A stretch of DNA of 64,000 nucleotides from Patescibacteria group bacterium. Its GTDB lineage: Bacteria > Patescibacteriota > Gracilibacteria > Peribacterales > Peribacteraceae. The stretch spans positions 12,739 to 76,738 of the forward strand of contig JAHIYH010000031.1 in assembly GCA_018814875.1 (NCBI GenBank). Direction: 5' to 3'. A program made the position numbers and the translations under genes. The notes under the pieces are model-generated. The model made no database searches. It had not been told where the DNA came from and saw nothing but the letters and a program-made list of their open reading frames with translations. Positions 58,990 to 64,000 of this stretch are shown here, in pieces (position 1 is the first letter of the stretch; each line of letters starts with the position of its first letter).

Positions 58990-59616
58990 ATGTTCAAGGC
59001 ATTGAAAAATTTCTGGACACCGGTAGGCAATTTTTTTGTTTGGGGGTTGGAGATACATCGAAGAAGGACTGCGAAAATTTTCCTCAAGAGGTACAAGCCG
59101 ATGTATTATAAGGATCTGCACGCACCTTATTTGCAATTTTATGAATTTCCGCCACGAGTGCAAAAGCTGATTCTCAGATACCTTTATTGTTTCATTGGCA
59201 GTGAGCGTAAGGATAGATACAACTACTGCTGGTGTAGTATGATTAAAATCGTGGAAACAGACGAGCGCCTGAAGCGAAAATGGTGCACTTTTAACGGAGG
59301 TGTCGAAGAATTGAGGAGAGAAGGTTACAGTGTCCACGCAGATATACTTGATCCTCTTGTGCAAAAAGCTGCTGCGAACGGGAGGCTTGAACATCTCAGT
59401 CTCCTGTACGGTCCCAAGCTTTCGCATCATCTTCTGCGCACATGCATGGAAGCAGCACGTACGAAACGAGACATGGAAGTAGCACTCGAATGTGCACAGA
59501 TGCTCAGAGATTATCAAGTGATTGCGGAAATACTTTCAATTTCGGGTACACCGCATCAGATGATCACGGCGCAGCTCTTCTTGGAAGGACGAGTATCGGA
59601 GGAAGAACTTCTGTGA
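58990..59616 (+). CDS. Orphan hypothetical protein (208 aa)
   Basis: Purine-rich SD-like GGGAGAG upstream and two hairpins downstream; no family recognised. Confidence 0.6.
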   Translation: MFKALKNFWTPVGNFFVWGLEIHRRRTAKIFLKRYKPMYYKDLHAPYLQFYEFPPRVQKLILRYLYCFIGSERKDRYNYCWCSMIKIVETDERLKRKWCTFNGGVEELRREGYSVHADILDPLVQKAAANGRLEHLSLLYGPKLSHHLLRTCMEAARTKRDMEVALECAQMLRDYQVIAEILSISGTPHQMITAQLFLEGRVSEEELL

Positions 59617-59623
59617 TTCTCTC

Positions 59624-59671
59624 AAGGGTAGGACCACCCTTAAAGCCCTGTACCATTGTATGGGGCTTTAA
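59624..59671 (+). terminator. Two adjacent hairpins after the orphan gene
   Basis: aagggt-aggacc-accctt and taaagccc...gggcttta. Confidence 0.55.
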
Positions 59672-59720
59672 ACTGCATAAGAAATGAATCGAAAAGAGGG
59701 GGCAAAGGAGTCGGAGATAT

Positions 59721-59838
59721 GACGTTATCTCATTATTTCGTTAATTCGTTAATTCGTTTATTTGTTGAACTGAGCTGCGGTTGTGATTCGTTAATTCGTT
59801 AAACTGAGATTCGAAATAACAAAATAACGAAGTAGCAA
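59721..59838. repeat. Inverted tandem array, 8-bp TTCGTTA(T/A) / ATAACGAA
   Basis: gacgttatctcattatttcgttaattcgttaattcgtt ... cgaaataacaaaataacgaagtagc. Confidence 0.88.
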
Positions 59839-59839
59839 A

Positions 59840-60166
59840 TCATAGAGCCAACAACATCTCTCCCTGTGGTAATCCCAGCGCTTCCCAGAAATTCAAAACA
59901 AAGAGGAATATGAAAAATGCAGCAAGAGGAATACCGATTCCCAGTGCAAGAGCGCGCGAAGGTGTATCTTTTGGATGAACACTTAAATAAAGTCCGGTTC
60001 CTCCATATAGAATTGTTGTGAGTGCGAAAGAGAGATCAGCACGCTGTATCCACCAAGCGGATCCAGCAGCATAGATTCCATTATGCATTAATAGGTATGC
60101 CATAAAGAGGCTTATACCAAGGAGGAAGAATAGGAAGCCTGTGAGGCGGTGTAGATAGGATGTCAC
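59840..60166 (-). CDS. Hypothetical membrane protein (3 TM)
   Basis: 108 aa, three hydrophobic segments, GTG start. Confidence 0.65.
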   Translation of the reverse strand: MTSYLHRLTGFLFFLLGISLFMAYLLMHNGIYAAGSAWWIQRADLSFALTTILYGGTGLYLSVHPKDTPSRALALGIGIPLAAFFIFLFVLNFWEALGLPQGEMLLAL

Positions 60167-60172
60167 GTCAAA

Positions 60173-60203
60173 TAGCTTATAGCTTTTAGCTTCTAGCTTC
60201 TAG
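60173..60203. repeat. Single-arm tandem array, 7-bp TAGCTTN
   Basis: tagcttatagcttttagcttctagcttctag. Confidence 0.85.
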
Positions 60204-60227
60204 GGATATTAGTCTTGTATCTCTGAT

Positions 60228-60368
60228 TCATTTCTTCTTCTGCACAGTAAGCCTCTTCCTGCCTTTTCTCCTGCGGCGACTCAGCAGAGCCTTTCCATCC
60301 TTGGATGAGCTACGCTGTAAGAAACCGTGCTTACGGAGACGCCGACGCCATTTCAATTTACCTAACAT
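60228..60368 (-). CDS. rpmH: 50S ribosomal protein L34
   Basis: Manual translation MLGKLKWRRRLRKHGFLQRSSSKDGKALLSRRRRKGRKRLTVQKKK; HGF..R and G..LL.RRR.KGR..L motifs; below the ORF-track cutoff. Confidence 0.92.
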   Translation of the reverse strand: MLGKLKWRRRLRKHGFLQRSSSKDGKALLSRRRRKGRKRLTVQKKK

Positions 60369-60408
60369 TGCTGGTGGACGTTATCTATAAGTTTATGTCT
60401 GGTCAACA

Positions 60409-60479
60409 AGTTAGTTAGTTTTTTAGTTTCTGGTTTTTAGTTATCTAGCAACTATGAACTAAAAAACCAGTTAACTAAT
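60409..60479. repeat. Degenerate inverted array, TAGTTTT / AAAACTA type
   Basis: agttagttagttttttagtttctggtttttagtt ... aactatgaactaaaaaaccagttaactaa. Confidence 0.75.
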
Positions 60480-60506
60480 CGATGATCCTGCCCTACACTC
60501 TTTCTA

Positions 60507-61769
60507 ATGCACTCAGTCAATAAGCTCAAATCTGGCCTCCGTGTCCTAACTGCCCCTTGTGATGGGACAGCCTCTATCACGGTTTTAGTATTTGCAGGTG
60601 CAGGATCTCGTTATGAGGAGGAAAAGGAGCGTGGTATCAGCCATTTTCTGGAGCATATGTTCTTTAAAGGCGGGAATAGGTACAAGAATACAAAAGAAGT
60701 CAGTGTGGCGATCGATGGAGTGGGTGGAGACTTTAATGCATTCACAGGAAAGGAATATGCAGGTTACTACGTTAAAGTTGCTGCCGAACATATTGATCTG
60801 GGATGCGATGTTCTAAGTGATATGCTTTTGAATGCTAGCTTTCCTCAGGATGATATTGAGCGCGAGCGAGGTGTGATTATGGAAGAAGAGCGCATGTATC
60901 AAGACACACCGATGTATCGTGCAGGATGGGACTTTGAGGAACTTCTCTTCGGCGATAATCCGTTGGGATGGGATACGATTGGAAAAGAAAAGGTAATCAT
61001 GTCTGTGCAGCAGGCGGATTTTCAATCGCACAAAGATTCACTCTACACACCAGATAATCTGGTTGTAGCTTTTGCCGGGAAGATTTCTGAAGATGGAGCT
61101 ATGGATCTTTCCGAGAAATATTTCTCTGGCATTAATGGTTCCAAAAATCGTGAATACAAACCATTTGAATCTTATGGGCCCGAGCGCGTGTTCCTTAGAA
61201 CAAAGAAAACTGAACAAGCGCATTTAGTTCTTGGAGTTCCTGGCATCAGCTCTCTTGAAGATGATTACTTTGCACAAAAACTTCTCGCAATTATCTTGGG
61301 TGGCAATATGAGTTCTAGGATGTTCCTAAATATCCGCGAAGCTAAGGGTTTGTGCTATTACATTTCTACTGAAGATGACAGTTATATGGATGCTGGTTCA
61401 CTTTCCACTCGCGCAGGAGTGGATCAGTCTCGCTTGCATGATGCGATCAAACTTATCAAGCATGAATATATGGAATGTGTGGATAAAGGAATTACTGATG
61501 AGGAGCTCAAACGTTCTAAGGACTTCCTTAAGGGTAAAATTACATTGAGTTTAGAAGACTCCGAAGAGCAGGCACATTTCTATGGCAAACAAGAGCTGAT
61601 GTATCCCAAGGTTCGAACAGTAGATGATTACTTTGCAGAGTTAGATAAAGTTAGCAAAGAACAGGTAAATACTTTGGCTACACGGTTGCTCACTCCGGAA
61701 GAGATGCGATTGGTGGTGATTGGGAAAGAGGAGAATAAGGGAGGGCTTGAGGATATGGTGAGCTCGTAA
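60507..61769 (+). CDS. M16 family (pitrilysin-like) zinc peptidase
   Basis: GSRYE, inverted zinc motif HFLEH, FNAFTGKE, SRMF..IRE..GLCY. Confidence 0.93.
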   Translation: MHSVNKLKSGLRVLTAPCDGTASITVLVFAGAGSRYEEEKERGISHFLEHMFFKGGNRYKNTKEVSVAIDGVGGDFNAFTGKEYAGYYVKVAAEHIDLGCDVLSDMLLNASFPQDDIERERGVIMEEERMYQDTPMYRAGWDFEELLFGDNPLGWDTIGKEKVIMSVQQADFQSHKDSLYTPDNLVVAFAGKISEDGAMDLSEKYFSGINGSKNREYKPFESYGPERVFLRTKKTEQAHLVLGVPGISSLEDDYFAQKLLAIILGGNMSSRMFLNIREAKGLCYYISTEDDSYMDAGSLSTRAGVDQSRLHDAIKLIKHEYMECVDKGITDEELKRSKDFLKGKITLSLEDSEEQAHFYGKQELMYPKVRTVDDYFAELDKVSKEQVNTLATRLLTPEEMRLVVIGKEENKGGLEDMVSS

Positions 61770-61780
61770 TATATAGAACA

Positions 61781-61864
61781 ATTGTTCCATTGCTTCATTG
61801 TCTCATTGTTAAAAGTTGGATACTTGCTTGCGAACAATGGAACAATGGAACAATATAGCAATGT
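61781..61864. repeat. Inverted tandem array, 8-bp CATTGTTC / GAACAATG
   Basis: attgttccattgcttcattgtctcattgtt ... gaacaatggaacaatggaacaatatagcaatg. Confidence 0.92.
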
Positions 61865-61882
61865 ATTAATTTTCCCTTACTT

Positions 61883-62317
61883 ATGCAAAGAACTCTGATT
61901 CTACTCAAGCCCGACTGCATGCAGAAAAAGATCTGTGGCAAGGTTCTCGCGCGATTCGAAGACGCCGGATTCAAGATTATCGGATGCAAAATGATCAAGT
62001 TAGATCTTGATACATTGCGTGAACACTATGCTCACATTGCAGAGTTTCCGTTTTATCCAGATGTAGAAAAGTTCATGAGTTCTACACCAGTAATTGGAAT
62101 GGTTTTGGAAGGCGATGGGATTATCGAAAAGATGCGTGAGAATTTGGGAGTAACAGATTGTTTAGAAGCAGCTTCTGGAACAATTCGTGCTGAGTTTGGA
62201 AGCAAAGAAGAAGGGGATAGCAAAATGCGCAATGTAGTCCATGCTTCGGATAGCGAAGAGGCTGCCGCGAATGAGATTGCAAGGTTCTTTAAAAAAGACG
62301 AACTTTTTGAGTATTAA
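61883..62317 (+). CDS. ndk: Nucleoside diphosphate kinase
   Basis: RTLILLKPD, HYAH...PFY, GTIR, NVVHASDS. Confidence 0.95.
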   Translation: MQRTLILLKPDCMQKKICGKVLARFEDAGFKIIGCKMIKLDLDTLREHYAHIAEFPFYPDVEKFMSSTPVIGMVLEGDGIIEKMRENLGVTDCLEAASGTIRAEFGSKEEGDSKMRNVVHASDSEEAAANEIARFFKKDELFEY

Positions 62318-62337
62318 TAATTTTTCCCCATTTATGT

Positions 62338-62559
62338 ATGCAAAATCTATTAACTAAAAAACTAGATGTAATGAATGGTTTAGGAATACAGGCAAGCAAT
62401 AGAAGAGTTCTTGTTGCCGAGGCAGAGCTTTTAGTTAAGGAGCTTAGAAAATGTGGGAAACATGAATTGGCTGACAAATTAGAAGCATCTGCAAGAGAAG
62501 TGCAAAGCACACAGGAGGCTGCTCGCAAAAGTACAGTAGAGTGTCTTCAGTCGCTATAA
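62338..62559 (+). CDS. Small hypothetical helical protein (73 aa)
   Basis: Fills the gap between ndk and the protease; stop abuts the convergent gene. Confidence 0.45.
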   Translation: MQNLLTKKLDVMNGLGIQASNRRVLVAEAELLVKELRKCGKHELADKLEASAREVQSTQEAARKSTVECLQSL

Positions 62560-63819
62560 CTATAATTGCGTTGGCTCCTCTCCATCCAAAAGTAACTCCA
62601 GTGCCGCATCCAGCTGCGGATCTTTCTCATCTATAATATCCTCACGTGTGCGTTCAACTTCGATATCAGGATGCACTCCATCCTTGCCCAAATCTCTTCC
62701 TGAAGGCGTTAGCCACCTTGCAACCGTGATACGGACTGATGCATTACCTGGGAGGTCAAAGACCTCCTGAACGGTTCCCTTCCCAAAGCTCTTCTTACCA
62801 ATGATTGTTGCGCGTCCAGCATCTTGCAAGGCGCCTGCCAAAATTTCTGATGCGCTTGCGGAACCTTCATTGATCAAAACAACAAGTGGGATATCCGGAT
62901 CAGATGGTCGACCGGAAACATAGTGGTTTGATGGTTCCCCATTTCTACGTTCAACAGTTACTACCTTTCCTTCTTTTAAGAACATAGATGCCATATCAAC
63001 AGCGCCTTCCAGATATCCACCACCATTAAAGCGCACATCCATAATGAGGCCTTGTAGATCTTCATCGCGCATGTCTTTGAGTGCGCTCTTCACTTCTTTC
63101 ACGCTGTCTTCTCCAAATTGATTGAGTTGAATGTATCCGATGGAACCCGTTGCAGTTTCTTTAACTTCATATTCAACACTCGGAATGGTGATACTTGCAC
63201 GTGTGATGGTGATGTCTAGGAGATCGGATTCTTCTTCGCGTTTAATGCTCAGAGTCACTTTAGACCCCTTTTCTCCTCGGATTCTCTGTACAACTTGGTG
63301 AAGTGTTTCCCCTGTGATATCGACATCATCTACTTTTAGGACAATATCTTCTGGTTCCAGCCCTGCTTTGGAGGCAGGAGATCCTTTAAGAGGAGCGACC
63401 ACAACCACCATTCCATCACGCATTGTGAGTTCTGCGCCAATACCTTCCATCTTTCCTTGTAGTGATTGTGTGAATTGGGCGTTCTCCGTTGGAGTCATAA
63501 AGGTGGTGTATGGATCACCAATGGCACGTACCAATCCACCTACTGCACCGTAAACCATTTCGGGGGGATTAAGTTGATCTTCAATAATGTAATGCTTGAG
63601 GAGCAACCTCCATACGCCCCAAAGAAGTGAAAGATCCACTTCCTGTTCTGGATTACCCAACAGAGTTCCACTTGCAGTTTTGCCTGTATACAGAAGCTCC
63701 AATTGCTGCGAAAGCTCAACCAGATTTTTTTGTTCGTAGCGTGCACCGATCTGCCACCCCAAAAACAAAGTAATGAGTGGTAGGATCAGGAGAGTGCTTG
63801 TTCTGAGGAGCTTTGGCAT
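62560..63819 (-). CDS. S41 family carboxyl-terminal processing protease (PDZ)
   Basis: N-terminal TM, DPYT, GIG PDZ, DVRFNGGG, SASASEI, SFGKGTVQ. Confidence 0.95.
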   Translation of the reverse strand: MPKLLRTSTLLILPLITLFLGWQIGARYEQKNLVELSQQLELLYTGKTASGTLLGNPEQEVDLSLLWGVWRLLLKHYIIEDQLNPPEMVYGAVGGLVRAIGDPYTTFMTPTENAQFTQSLQGKMEGIGAELTMRDGMVVVVAPLKGSPASKAGLEPEDIVLKVDDVDITGETLHQVVQRIRGEKGSKVTLSIKREEESDLLDITITRASITIPSVEYEVKETATGSIGYIQLNQFGEDSVKEVKSALKDMRDEDLQGLIMDVRFNGGGYLEGAVDMASMFLKEGKVVTVERRNGEPSNHYVSGRPSDPDIPLVVLINEGSASASEILAGALQDAGRATIIGKKSFGKGTVQEVFDLPGNASVRITVARWLTPSGRDLGKDGVHPDIEVERTREDIIDEKDPQLDAALELLLDGEEPTQL

Positions 63820-63865
63820 ACCCGACGAGTATAGCGGATCTTTATTGTGTTGTTCTAATTTGAAT

Positions 63866-63938
63866 GGGAAATAAGGGAAATAGAAGAAATAAAGGATCGT
63901 CTATTTCTTTTATTGCCCTTATTTCTTTTATTTCTCCC
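63866..63938. repeat. Inverted tandem array, 9-bp GGAAATAAG / CTTATTTCT
   Basis: gggaaataagggaaatagaagaaataaagg ... ctatttcttttattgcccttatttcttttatttctccc. Confidence 0.88.
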
Positions 63939-64000
63939 TCTGGAGGATGTTTCATCAGTGCCATGGTATGATAAAGTCATGGTGAAATTGCCTGCTTCCA

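Noticed and set aside
58969-59517. 182-aa minus-strand ORF as the real orphan gene
   Set aside because: The plus-strand ORF has the SD-like site, leader and downstream hairpins in the correct orientation.

Overview
Bacterial chromosomal DNA in standard code 11. The compact layout, frequent strand switching and mostly SD-less genes suggest a Patescibacteria/CPR organism, possibly Peregrinibacteria-like; this is inference only. About 0.5-48.7 kb is a very large mosaic surface-glycan locus. It holds a pseudaminic acid pathway (pseB, pseC, pseG-GNAT, pseI), two further NeuB-family synthases with two NeuA-type cytidylyltransferases, and an amidotransferase/HisH/HisF trio. It also holds a sulfotransferase, an APS kinase, methyltransferases, three Gmd-family genes, a perosamine-type aminotransferase, UDP-sugar dehydrogenases and epimerases, and GT2/GtrA/GT-C genes. 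From 48.8 to 64 kb are housekeeping genes (PfkB kinase, ahcY, polX, permease, tRNA-Ser, pheT, PduO-type adenosyltransferase, rpmH, M16 peptidase, ndk, S41 protease) plus orphan cassettes. The most striking unexplained structure is about 25 intergenic arrays of degenerate 7-9 bp tandem repeats. Most are arranged as inverted arm pairs, many start at a stop codon, and the repeat unit changes from site to site. One arm pair encloses a four-helix-bundle (Avd/23S-IVP-like) gene, and a gene-less copy of the same arms lies after pheT, which suggests a mobile or RNA-structure system. Also found: GC-rich REP-like hairpins inserted in frame in pheT and a GT-C gene, orphan genes preceded by boxA-like motifs, a duplicated gene 3' end flanking an orphan, an ArsR pseudogene and an rpmH gene absent from the ORF track. 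All calls were made by eye without database searches.
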